Shown: positions 48,546 to 60,157, counted from the stretch's first letter. The stretch: 62,247 nt of DNA from Termitinemataceae bacterium (GCA_036245275.1 BTID01000001.1:1-62247); one strand, 5' to 3'. Numbers and translations: made by a program. Notes: generated by a model not told the origin, from the sequence alone.

Positions 48546-50750
48546 GTGAACAATCTTTATGAAATTATAGATATTAAGAATCCCAGAGAATATGTTAATG
48601 AACCCGGAGCAATTGCAAAGGCCGGATCTTATGTTGCGCCTATTGCAAAAAAAGTGTTTGTTGTAGGAAGTCCTACTGCATTAAAGTTGGTAAAGGCTTT
48701 GTTTGCAAGTTTTGACTGTGAAAAAATTGTATACAAAGTGTACGAGTATTCAGGCTACCCTACCTATGACGAGGCAAAAAAAATTGCAAAACTTGCAAAT
48801 GAATTTGATTCAGGCGCAATTGTAGGAGTAGGCGGCGGGCGCATACTGGATCTTGCAAAAGCTTGCGGCGCTTATGCAAACTTGACCGTTATAGCTGTGC
48901 CTACACAGGCTGCCACTTGTGCATGCTGGGCGGCTGTTTCCATGATGTATACAGCAGAAGGTGTTTTGATCGAAGCTCTATTTAACAAACGTTCGCCTGA
49001 ATTGATCATAGCAGACACGGATATTATTATGCATGCACCATTGCGTTATCTGTGTGCAGGAATCGGCGATACACTTGCAAAATGGTACGAGTCGTATCCA
49101 AATTTAAAAACAAGTAATGATTTTTATCTGCGCCTTACAGCACGTTATGGGGAGTTCTCGCGTGATATACTTGAAACATTAGGCATCAAAGTTGTTAATG
49201 ATATAAGGCGCGGCATCTATGATATAGAAAATATAAAAGAAGTGATTAATTGTGTATTTTTGATTGCAGGAATGTGCGGTGCGATACATGGCATTAGCGA
49301 TACACAAGGTATAGCGCACCCGATCTACAATGCGGCATCTGCATTGCCAAAATTGCGAGATAAATTGCACGGCGAAAAGGTCGCATTCGGTTTAGTTGTG
49401 CAGGCAGCTCTTGAAGGCCGCGATGCCGGAGAAATTGCACACCGTGTAGAAATATTTAAAAAATTAAAACTGCCTATTACATTATCAGAACTGGGTTTGG
49501 ATTCTGATTTTGAAAAAAATTTTAAAACAATCAACGAAAATATAAAAAAAGAAAAGCCGGTATATCCGGGACTTTTGCGCCCATGGACTAGCGAAGAACT
49601 ACGTAAGGCTATAATGACAGCAGATGAGTATGCACGGTGCAAAAAAAAATATCCTGCAGAATTGCAAATCAAATATAAAAACGCACTGGATAAGATTGAG
49701 CCATTTAAAGCGGCACGTTCTATAGAAAGTGCAAAACGTGAATATGGGTTTTCCGGTGTTATAAAACTTGCAGGTAACGAAAATGTACACGGCGTATCAC
49801 CAAAGGTTACACAGGCGCTGTCAGTTTTACATAGCGAAATATCGTATTATCCTGATACGGCAGTTATGCAGCTTCGCGGTGCACTTAGTGAAAAACTTGG
49901 AATAGCCGGTAATGAATTATTATTCGGCAACGGATCATTTGAACTGATTAGCCTTACCGCTTTAGCTGTACTTGAACCTGATACAGAAGCTATAATTCCA
50001 ATGCCGTCATTCGGTTGGTATGCAATTGCAACACGCGCAGAAGGTGCAACACCGGTTTTTGTGCCGTTAAAAAATCACAAACTTGATCTTGATGCAATGC
50101 TTGCAGAAGTGACAATACAGACCCGCATTATTTGGATATGCAATCCAAATAATCCTACAGGCACTTATGTAAATGCCGCAGAGCTGGAGGACTTTATAAA
50201 AAAAGTGCCGCCTTCAATTCTTATAGTACTAGATGATGCATATATTGATTTTGCTCCAGAGGACTTTCCTAATACAATCGATCTAGTACACCAGTATAAC
50301 AATGTTATAAGCTTGCGCACTTTTTCAAAAGTATACGGACTAGCGTCACTGCGTATAGGGTATGCAATAGGTAATGCTGCACTTATCGCAAAAATATCAT
50401 CTGTGCGCGGGGCTGTAAATGTAAACACATTTGCACAAACTGCTGCCTTTGCCGCACTGCAAGATGATGACTTTTACAATAGGGTGTTAAACGAAAACGC
50501 AAAGGGAAAAGATATGTACTACAAAAAGCTGGATAGTCTGCATATTGAATACATACCTACAGCGTGTAACTTTATAATGATTAACACCGGTAAAGATGCA
50601 AACCTTGTAGAAGAAGAATATTTAAAGCGCGGTATTTTGATCCGCAACGGCAACGAGTTCGGAATGCCTACTTGGGTACGCATAACAATAGGCACAGAAG
50701 AACAAAATAAAAAAGTATTGGATATATTGGAGGATATAATATGTCATTAA
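48546..50750 (+). CDS. Fusion protein: iron-containing alcohol/glycerol dehydrogenase-like domain + HisC-family (class II) aminotransferase domain
   Basis: The GTG at 48546 lies 4 nt after AGGAGG. The N-terminal domain has GVGGGRILDLAK, AVPTQAATCA, GDTLAKWYE and HGEKVAFG. The C-terminal domain has GNENVHGVSP, NPNNPTGT and RTFSKVYGLASLRIGY. It is one uninterrupted frame. Confidence 0.8.
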   Translation: MNNLYEIIDIKNPREYVNEPGAIAKAGSYVAPIAKKVFVVGSPTALKLVKALFASFDCEKIVYKVYEYSGYPTYDEAKKIAKLANEFDSGAIVGVGGGRILDLAKACGAYANLTVIAVPTQAATCACWAAVSMMYTAEGVLIEALFNKRSPELIIADTDIIMHAPLRYLCAGIGDTLAKWYESYPNLKTSNDFYLRLTARYGEFSRDILETLGIKVVNDIRRGIYDIENIKEVINCVFLIAGMCGAIHGISDTQGIAHPIYNAASALPKLRDKLHGEKVAFGLVVQAALEGRDAGEIAHRVEIFKKLKLPITLSELGLDSDFEKNFKTINENIKKEKPVYPGLLRPWTSEELRKAIMTADEYARCKKKYPAELQIKYKNALDKIEPFKAARSIESAKREYGFSGVIKLAGNENVHGVSPKVTQALSVLHSEISYYPDTAVMQLRGALSEKLGIAGNELLFGNGSFELISLTALAVLEPDTEAIIPMPSFGWYAIATRAEGATPVFVPLKNHKLDLDAMLAEVTIQTRIIWICNPNNPTGTYVNAAELEDFIKKVPPSILIVLDDAYIDFAPEDFPNTIDLVHQYNNVISLRTFSKVYGLASLRIGYAIGNAALIAKISSVRGAVNVNTFAQTAAFAALQDDDFYNRVLNENAKGKDMYYKKLDSLHIEYIPTACNFIMINTGKDANLVEEEYLKRGILIRNGNEFGMPTWVRITIGTEEQNKKVLDILEDIICH

Positions 50751-52224
50751 AAAATGCAGCGTTTCCGGTAAGGGAAAACAGACTTGGTTCTATAACAGGA
50801 TACCAAGGTGTGTTAGGCGATTTGGTATCTAAATCATGCTGTGGTAATTTAAAAAACCGTGAACGGTGTTTTAGTCAATCAAGTTTATGTTTGTCGATGT
50901 GTGCATTAGGACAACTTATGGGAATACGCGATGCCGTTATTATTTACCATGCACCTTCAGGATGTCAGGCAAGTGCGGCAGGTACACAGGTGTTAGCAAA
51001 ACAGATTGCAGCGAGTATCGGTGTAAAAAATAATACTGTAATGATAGGCACAGATATGAATGAACGCGACACTGTATTCGGTGCGCTTGACGCCGTACGC
51101 GATATTGCAAAAAAGGCATACAATGATTATCACCCTAGTGTTATTTTTTTGGCAAGCTCTTGTGTTAGCGGTGTAATAGGCGAGGACATGGACAGCCTTG
51201 CCTCCGAACTAAGTGATGAATTACCGGTAACTGTAGAAAGTGTACATTGTGAAGGTTTTAAATCGCGTATATGGGCATCCGGTTTTGATATTGCAGACCA
51301 TGCAGTATTGCGTGCGATTGTTAAACCGCCAAAAGAAAAACGCAACGTAATCAATTTTAAAAATTTTTTTGAAAGTGAACGTAAACAAATTACAGAAATA
51401 TTTGCACGTCTTGGTGTTAAGACTCAATTTTTGTATATGAATTCAACAGTAGAAGAGTTGTCGCATATATCAGAATCGCTTGCTACAGTTTGTATCTGCG
51501 GTACACTTGGTACATATCTTGGAAACATGCTGGAAGAAAAATATAACGTGCCTTATATACGCACTATCAATCCGTTAGGGATACAAGGGTTTGATGCATG
51601 GCTTACAAAAATTGGCGAGACAATCGGTAAACAAAATGAAGTTGCAGAGTTTTTAAAAGAAGAACGCGAAAAATATTTGCCGGAAATAGAAAAAGTAAAA
51701 GTTGAATTAAAGGGCTTACGTGCTGTTATTGGGATGGGACCGGGTTATACTTACGAAGTTAGCCGTGTTCTGCAAGAACTTGGTATAGAAACTGTTTGGG
51801 CAGCCGCATGGCATTACGATTACAAATATGATAACGGTGATGTTCCTCCGGCTCTTACATGGCTAAAAGAAAATTCAAAAACCGACATCAATTTAAGTGT
51901 TGCCGACATGCAAAATTATGAAATATTAAATATCATCAACACACATAAACCGGATCTGTATTTTTCGCGTCATCCGGGCAGCACGGTGTGGGCGATAAAA
52001 CAAGGTGTTGCTGCCGTTTATGTTGCGGATGAATATATGATCTTTGGATATAAGGGCATGCTGAACTTTGCACGTTATGTTGCTGATACAATCCGTAACC
52101 GCAGCTTTGAAAAAAATCTTGCTGCCCGCATAAAACTTCCGTACACAAAATGGTGGTATACTCAACAAAATGATGCAATGTTGTTACCTGAAAAACAATC
52201 AACGGTAAAGGCGGCGGCAGTATA

Positions 52225-52225
<1 letters not shown>
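50741..52225 (+). CDS. Nitrogenase component-1 alpha-like protein (NifD/NifE-like, group IV-type)
   Basis: GGAGG SD. It has a 10-nt overlap with the upstream gene. The HAPSGC, TDMNERDTVFG, ASSCVSGVIGEDMD and ICGTLGTYLGNMLEEKYNVPY blocks parallel NifD/E conserved blocks. Confidence 0.8.
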
Positions 52226-54413
<2,188 letters not shown>

Positions 54414-54499
54414 AATTCGGCATTACGTTTTGATGTGCTGCATCTTTTTTTGATTAAAATTGATGTTGACATTGATGTCAAATTTGATGTTAAAATTGA

Positions 54500-54528
54500 T
54501 TGACATTATTCATAATTTTTTGTACACT
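54500..54528 (+). promoter_or_regulatory. Putative promoter of tRNA-Phe (TTGACA-17-TACACT)
   Basis: TTGACA at 54500-54505 and TACACT at 54523-54528. It lies ~17 nt upstream of the tRNA 5' end. Confidence 0.4.
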
Positions 54529-54545
54529 GATACAAGATGTTAATA

Positions 54546-54618
54546 GCCGCTGTAGCTCAGTCGGTAGAGCAAAGGACTGAAAATCCTTGTGTCGAGGGTT
54601 CGATTCCCTCTGGCGGCA
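54546..54618 (+). tRNA. tRNA-Phe (GAA)
   Basis: GCCGCTGTAGCTCAGTCGGTAGAGCAAAGGACTGAAAATCCTTGTGTCGAGGGTTCGATTCCCTCTGGCGGCA folds as a cloverleaf. The anticodon loop is CTGAAAA and the T-loop GGTTCGATTCC. CCA is not encoded. Confidence 0.9.
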
Positions 54619-54632
54619 AAAAACCCATAAAC

Positions 54633-54787
54633 GGGTGCAACAAAAAATAATGGCAAATTTAACACAGAGTAAAAGGAGGTGCACAGAGAGGGGGCAATTT
54701 GTTAATTTGCTTCAAGTTCTCTCTGTGTTCCTCTGTGTGCCTCCGTGTTAAAATTCTTTAAATGTGCCATTAAAAATTGTTGCACCC
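54633..54787. mobile_element. Palindromic MITE-like element (copy C) with 9-bp target-site duplication
   Basis: Termini are GGGTGCAACAAAAAATAATGGCA... and ...TGCCATTAAAAATTGTTGCACCC. CCCATAAAC occurs immediately on both sides (54624-54632 and 54789-54797). Confidence 0.75.
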
Positions 54788-54844
54788 CCCCATAAACCAC
54801 GCACACTTGGTTTTTTTTTGTATATATCGTATACTCAATCCATT

Positions 54845-55228
54845 ATGGATAAGAAAACTATTTTAGCTATTGATGATTCGGCAGTTGGGCTTAGGGCATT
54901 AAAGACGATTTTAGAGGAATCCTATGATGTCCGCATAGCAAAAACGACTGCACTGGCGGCTAGTGTCTTAAAAAGCCAGCATATAGACCTGATTTTGCTT
55001 GATATAGAAATGCCCGGTGATATGTCCGGTGTAGACTACCTAAAGGTGCTTAAAGCAGATGCGGCTACAAAGGATATTCCTGTTATTATAGTAACTGGGC
55101 ATACGGCACTAAAGATTATTATGGATTCAACTATAGCCGGCGCGATTGACTATGTCATAAAGCCGCTTGCTGCAGATATGCTTTGCGAAAAAATAGCTGC
55201 GGCTCTAGATCAGCCAAAAAAAACATAA
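54845..55228 (+). CDS. CheY-like single-domain response regulator
   Basis: I place the start at MDKKTILAIDDS. The ORF-track start at 54764 lies inside the MITE. DLILLDIEMPG (phospho-Asp) and a later conserved Lys (VIKP) are present. Confidence 0.85.
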   Translation: MDKKTILAIDDSAVGLRALKTILEESYDVRIAKTTALAASVLKSQHIDLILLDIEMPGDMSGVDYLKVLKADAATKDIPVIIVTGHTALKIIMDSTIAGAIDYVIKPLAADMLCEKIAAALDQPKKT

Positions 55229-55252
55229 AAAGCACAGGAAAACAGCAACAAG

Positions 55253-57865
55253 ATGGAACAGAAACGCTATAGTAATGCAGTTTTTTTGGTAACATGCGTG
55301 TTTTCTGTTTTAGTTTCATTTTCTGCCGGCTCTGTAATCTACTTTCAACATATCGCTTTTGTTGAATCTTCTGTTGAAAAAACATTAAACCGTGCGTCGC
55401 TTATGATCGAAGCGCAGTGTCCGCTCCTGAATGATCCATGGGAAATAAAATCATTATTACTGCAAAATTCGCCTGATTACTGGGAAATTCAGCAAATATT
55501 TAGCAAACTGCAGCAATCTATGGGGGTCTCTTACGTCTATATACTGGTAAAACAGGACCATAAAGGTAAATCCATAAATGAAAACTGGTATTTTTTGGTG
55601 TCGTCTTTCTACAAAAAAGAAATCACGGAAAGCATGGCGGAGCGTATGGGAACTAGTTTATCTGAAGTGATAATGTCTGAATATATCCCTTTTTCTTCCG
55701 ACAGGGAATTAAACAGGACATGGACTGATCAGGTGCAAACCTACTTTAACGCAAGCGATAAGTGGGGCAATTTTATGTCTACATTGCGTCCGGTTGTAGT
55801 GGACGGCGAAACAAAATGTCTAATTGGTGCTGAATTCGATTTAGCTTATGTTCAGAGTTTAAAACGTCCTGCCCTTATTGCGCTTATTGTTTCGCTTGCT
55901 GCAGCTATTGCGTTTTCAGTAATGATAGCTGCAAAACTGCGTCAATCTGTGCTGCGTTTAGAGATAGGTGTTATGGAGCGGACAAAAGAGCTTGCAGAGC
56001 AAACACGTCTTGCACAAAGTGCCTCGGAAGCAAAAAGCCGTTTTCTTGCATCTATGAGTCACGAAATCCGCACGCCAATGAACGCGATTATCGGTATGAG
56101 TGAGCTTATGCCTTTGGTTAATTTAAACGCGACACAAAAACAATATTTTAACGGCATAAAAAAAATGTCGCATTCTCTGCTGCAAATTATAAATGAGATT
56201 CTTGATGTTTCAAAAATCGAATCAGGCAAGATGGATCTGGTTCCTGTTGATTATGACATAGGTGTGTTATACGAAAACATTTGTTCAATCGGCAAGTTTT
56301 CAGCCGGTAGAAAATCGCTTGATTTTAGAAATTCGTTTTCAAAAAGTCTGCCGCGTATATTATATGGTGATGACACCCGCGTTAGACAAATTGTTACAAA
56401 CCTGCTTAATAATGCCATCAAATACACGCGGGAAGGCTTTGTCAAGCTATCATTTTCCGACGAGCATATTGGGGAGCGTGATATGCTGGTAATTACTGTG
56501 GAAGATTCCGGCATCGGTATAGAAAAAGAAAATATACCAAGGTTATTTTTGCAGTTTCAACAATTTGATGTTATGCAAAACCGCGGAATAATCGGCACAG
56601 GTTTAGGTCTTTCAATTGCAAAAGAGCTTGCAACGATGATGGACGGTGAAATTTTTGTAGAAAGTGTTTACGGCTGCGGATCTACTTTTACTGTTAAGCT
56701 TCCTATTGTAAAAGGTAATCCTCTTAATATTTTTAAAGAAGAGTCAAAAAAGATTTTTGCTGCAAAAGATACACGTGTGCTTGTTGTTGACGATAATTCC
56801 ATGAACTGTACAGTTGCTATAGGATTTTTGGCAACCCACCGCATATACCCTGATACAGCTGAAAGCGGGGCGGAGGCGATTGAAAAAATAAAAGATATTA
56901 AATACGACATTGTATTTATGGATCACATGATGCCGGAAATGGACGGCACAGTTGCTTGCGAGATTGTCCGAAATTTAGACGGCGAATATTTTCAAAAGCT
57001 GCCTATCATAGCTCTTTCTGCTAATGCAATAGAAGGTGCAAAGGATATATTTTTAAGCTCCGGCATGAATGATTTTATTCCCAAACCAATTGAAGAACAG
57101 GAATTAAACCGTGTACTTGCAAAGTGGCTGCCGCCGGAAAAAATTACTTCGGGGGATGACACGGATAATATTGAAGCAGCACGGCAAGCTAAACTTGAAG
57201 CCTTCGAGCTATTGCCTCTTTTTGATGATTTACTGGAAGTAAGCTGGCTGGATGTTGACGCGGGGCTGGCACATTCAGGCGGACGGCGTAAAGGTTATGT
57301 TGCTATTTTAAAGCAGTTCTGCACCGAAGCAGAAAAAGATATTGCAGCGATAACAGAATTCCTAAAAAATCAGAATCTTAAAGAATATTGCACTAGGGTT
57401 CACGCCCTAAAAAGCTCCCTTGCAAATATCGGTGCTACTAACTTGTCAGCGCGGGCAAAGTCTTTGGAAGATGCCTCGCGGGATAGTAAGCAAGCTTATT
57501 GTGTCGGCCGTACTGAAGGTCTTTGTGCTGATGTACAACAGTTAAAAGATCAGATTGCAGATATAATTCAACACCATGAAAAGCACAATGCAAAACCTGA
57601 CGCAGAAAAACAAAGCATAGATCAAATTGCGCTTGGCAAGTTGCTTACTGCATTGCGCGAAGCCTGCATAAAAGGCGACAGTAAAATTGCAGAAGATATA
57701 TCTGCCGGACTTCTTCTTGTTAAACTTGGCGGCGGAAACCCTAGCGCGGCAGAAATCGAAACAAACTTAAAACTTAGCGAAATCCGCGCCGCCATTGATG
57801 CCTTTGACTACGATATTGTAATTCAAAAAATCGACGCTGTTTTCAACAACAGTTTTAATAACTAA
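55253..57865 (+). CDS. Hybrid sensor histidine kinase/response regulator with C-terminal HPt domain
   Basis: It has two TM segments flanking a ~190-aa sensor region. The H-box is FLASMSHEIRTPMN, with an N-box NLLNNAIKYT and G-boxes DSGIGI/GTGLGLSI. The receiver is VLVVDDNSMN...VFMDHMMPEMDG...KP. The HPt motif is RVHALKSSLANIGA. Confidence 0.85.
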   Translation: MEQKRYSNAVFLVTCVFSVLVSFSAGSVIYFQHIAFVESSVEKTLNRASLMIEAQCPLLNDPWEIKSLLLQNSPDYWEIQQIFSKLQQSMGVSYVYILVKQDHKGKSINENWYFLVSSFYKKEITESMAERMGTSLSEVIMSEYIPFSSDRELNRTWTDQVQTYFNASDKWGNFMSTLRPVVVDGETKCLIGAEFDLAYVQSLKRPALIALIVSLAAAIAFSVMIAAKLRQSVLRLEIGVMERTKELAEQTRLAQSASEAKSRFLASMSHEIRTPMNAIIGMSELMPLVNLNATQKQYFNGIKKMSHSLLQIINEILDVSKIESGKMDLVPVDYDIGVLYENICSIGKFSAGRKSLDFRNSFSKSLPRILYGDDTRVRQIVTNLLNNAIKYTREGFVKLSFSDEHIGERDMLVITVEDSGIGIEKENIPRLFLQFQQFDVMQNRGIIGTGLGLSIAKELATMMDGEIFVESVYGCGSTFTVKLPIVKGNPLNIFKEESKKIFAAKDTRVLVVDDNSMNCTVAIGFLATHRIYPDTAESGAEAIEKIKDIKYDIVFMDHMMPEMDGTVACEIVRNLDGEYFQKLPIIALSANAIEGAKDIFLSSGMNDFIPKPIEEQELNRVLAKWLPPEKITSGDDTDNIEAARQAKLEAFELLPLFDDLLEVSWLDVDAGLAHSGGRRKGYVAILKQFCTEAEKDIAAITEFLKNQNLKEYCTRVHALKSSLANIGATNLSARAKSLEDASRDSKQAYCVGRTEGLCADVQQLKDQIADIIQHHEKHNAKPDAEKQSIDQIALGKLLTALREACIKGDSKIAEDISAGLLLVKLGGGNPSAAEIETNLKLSEIRAAIDAFDYDIVIQKIDAVFNNSFNN

Positions 57866-58027
57866 GGGCAACTCTAAATACTAGTGGCACGCAAGATTGT
57901 GTTGGATTTTGTCGCAGATTGAAGGCGAAAAGCGCAAGCAAAATGGGTTTTTGTTGAGCATTTGAGCCGAAAAGATGCGGAAAAAGGCAATGCAAGATTG
58001 CGGCGAATGAGTATTTAGAGGTGCCCT
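57865..58027. repeat. 163-bp palindromic intergenic element between convergent genes
   Basis: AGGGCAACTCTAAATACT (57865-57882) is the inverted complement of AGTATTTAGAGGTGCCCT (58010-58027), matching 17/18. It starts at the last base of one stop codon and ends 2 nt before the other. Confidence 0.6.
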
Positions 58028-58029
58028 AA

Positions 58030-59841
58030 CTATTCTATCGTGCCTTCGTAAATGATCTTTTCAAAGCCGTCCAGTGTTACTGTTAAATGATTTTCCAAGC
58101 GGCTCATAGCTGCGCTAACTTGACCTACAAAAACAATATTCGGATTTATTGTCAGCAACTGATCACGGGAGAATTCCGACGAACCTTCCATAATTATTCC
58201 ATTTGCTATGCGGATGATCGGGATAAACGAATTATCCAGTGTATGGGTTAAAAGAATTTCGCCGCCTTTGTTGCGCAGGATTGTAGCGGCCTCGTCAAGT
58301 GTTTGGGCTCGTACTATTCTGCCGGTGCAATGCCCGCCAAAGCCGCGCTGTCCGCGTGCCAAAATATTACCTATCACATTTATTCGGATCGTGTTTGTAG
58401 TGAATGGCGAATTTACAGGGAAGCCTGCTGCAAACACTACTTTGTCGGAAACCTTTGCAAAGCCCTCTTTTATCGCTGCGCTCTGGGCACCTTGTATCAT
58501 AGCTTCGCTGTCAGACTCACTTTCTACAAGCAGCGGTATAATGCCATGGTTGATTATGAGCCGCCGCCGGATTTTTTCAAAAGGTGATGTGGCAAGCACC
58601 GGAATACATGGCAAAAATTTAGCAACCAAGCGGGCTGTGTTGCCGGAAATTGTAGGGGCTATAATGCAGGCCGCTCCTATTTTATCTGCCATAAGCACTG
58701 CAGCCTGAGCAATAGCTTGTGCGCTGTCTCCGCCTGTGTGCAGACGTTTTTGCCTAAGTTTAAGGGTCTTGTGGTAAATATCCGATCTTTCCACAGTGCG
58801 GGCTATTTGATCCATCATTTCAACTGCCTCCGGTGCGTATGCTCCGTTTGCCGTTTCGCCTGACAGCATAACACAATCTGTGCCGTCCAAAATTGCATTT
58901 GCCACATCGCCGGATTCAGCCCTTGTAGGACGCGGATTGTGAATCATTGAATCTAACATCTGTGTTGCCGTAATAACCGGTTTACCTTCTGCATTGCACA
59001 AATCAATAATCTTTTTTTGTGCAAGCGGCACTTCTTCCGGCGGAATCTGAACACCCAAATCGCCGCGGGCAACCATAATCCCGCCTGAAACACGTATAAT
59101 TTCTACGATGTTTGAAAGTCCTTCATCGTCTTCAATTTTTGAAATAACAGGCATGTCAGAACCTATTGACGCAAGATATTTTTGTATGGCGATAACATCC
59201 TGCGCCTTGCGGATAAAAGATGCTGCGACAAAATCCATTCCTTGTTCGTGACCGAATTTTAAATCCGCCATATCTTGTTCTGACATAGCAGGCAGACGTG
59301 TATGCACACCAAGAACATTCACATTTTTACGGCTGCCAAGTTCGCCGCCTGAATCCACTGTACATTTTATGATGCGCCCTTCCAGTTTTACAAATTGTAA
59401 CGCGATAAGACCATCGGCAATTAAAATCCGCGCCCCCTCTTTTATATCATCTGCCAGAAATTGATAACTTACGATGATGCGTGTTGTGCCGTCAATTTTT
59501 TGAGTAAAATATTGATCCGCACCCAAAATTTCTTTTGCATCTTTTTCTGAAATAACATCAACCGGCTCACCTTTAGAAAGAAGCAGCGGCTTATCATCTT
59601 TTAGGACACCTGTGCGGATCTCAGGTCCCTTTGTATCCAGCAAGAGTGCAACAACCGCACCCTCTGCCGCTGCCGCTTCGCGCACACGTTCAATTCCTGC
59701 CCCATGATATTCATGCGATCCGTGCGAAAAATTAAAACGCGCCACATTCATTCCATTGCGGATTAACACGCGCACTTTTTCTACAGACTCAACAGCAGGC
59801 CCCATCGTACAAATGATTTTAGTATTTCTAATAGCTTTCAT
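58030..59841 (-). CDS. pyk: Pyruvate kinase with C-terminal PEP-utilizer-like extra domain
   Basis: TKIICTMGPA, NVARFNFSHG, LLDTKGPEIRTG, MVARGDLGV and the ATQMLDSM...PTRAE motifs. An extra ~110 aa C-terminal domain resembles the PEP-utilizing mobile domain. Confidence 0.9.
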   Translation of the reverse strand: MKAIRNTKIICTMGPAVESVEKVRVLIRNGMNVARFNFSHGSHEYHGAGIERVREAAAAEGAVVALLLDTKGPEIRTGVLKDDKPLLLSKGEPVDVISEKDAKEILGADQYFTQKIDGTTRIIVSYQFLADDIKEGARILIADGLIALQFVKLEGRIIKCTVDSGGELGSRKNVNVLGVHTRLPAMSEQDMADLKFGHEQGMDFVAASFIRKAQDVIAIQKYLASIGSDMPVISKIEDDEGLSNIVEIIRVSGGIMVARGDLGVQIPPEEVPLAQKKIIDLCNAEGKPVITATQMLDSMIHNPRPTRAESGDVANAILDGTDCVMLSGETANGAYAPEAVEMMDQIARTVERSDIYHKTLKLRQKRLHTGGDSAQAIAQAAVLMADKIGAACIIAPTISGNTARLVAKFLPCIPVLATSPFEKIRRRLIINHGIIPLLVESESDSEAMIQGAQSAAIKEGFAKVSDKVVFAAGFPVNSPFTTNTIRINVIGNILARGQRGFGGHCTGRIVRAQTLDEAATILRNKGGEILLTHTLDNSFIPIIRIANGIIMEGSSEFSRDQLLTINPNIVFVGQVSAAMSRLENHLTVTLDGFEKIIYEGTIE

Positions 59842-59978
59842 TATTTAAGTGTATCACAAAAAAGAAGATAAGCATATTACAATCTCACATAAGGGCGCAT
59901 CCCACCTACGGTGGGTCGGGCTATCCGCTTTATCTTTTTGTTTCACAAAAAGTATACCGCTTCTATCCCTTGCGCGTT

Positions 59979-60157
59979 GGGTGCAAAGCTGCACTCAAAA
60001 GAATTTTAACACGGAGGCGCACAGAGAAACACAGAGGAAAAACACAGAGAAAGAAAAGATCACCAAATCTTGTCTCCTCCGTGTACCTCCCGTACCTCGA
60101 CTTTTCCATTCTGTGGATGGAAAAGTGTTAAATTTGCCTTAATTTTTTGCCGCACCC
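59979..60157. mobile_element. Palindromic MITE-like element (copy D, divergent centre)
   Basis: Termini are GGGTGCAAAGC...TTTTAACACGGAGGCGCACAGAG... and ...CTCCGTGTACCTCC...GTGTTAAATTTGCC...GCCGCACCC. No clear target duplication. Confidence 0.7.

Noticed and set aside
54414-54445. Rho-independent terminator after the NifH-like gene (GATG-TGCTG-CATC followed by T7)
   Set aside because: The stem is only 4 bp, too weak to call even though a T-run follows.
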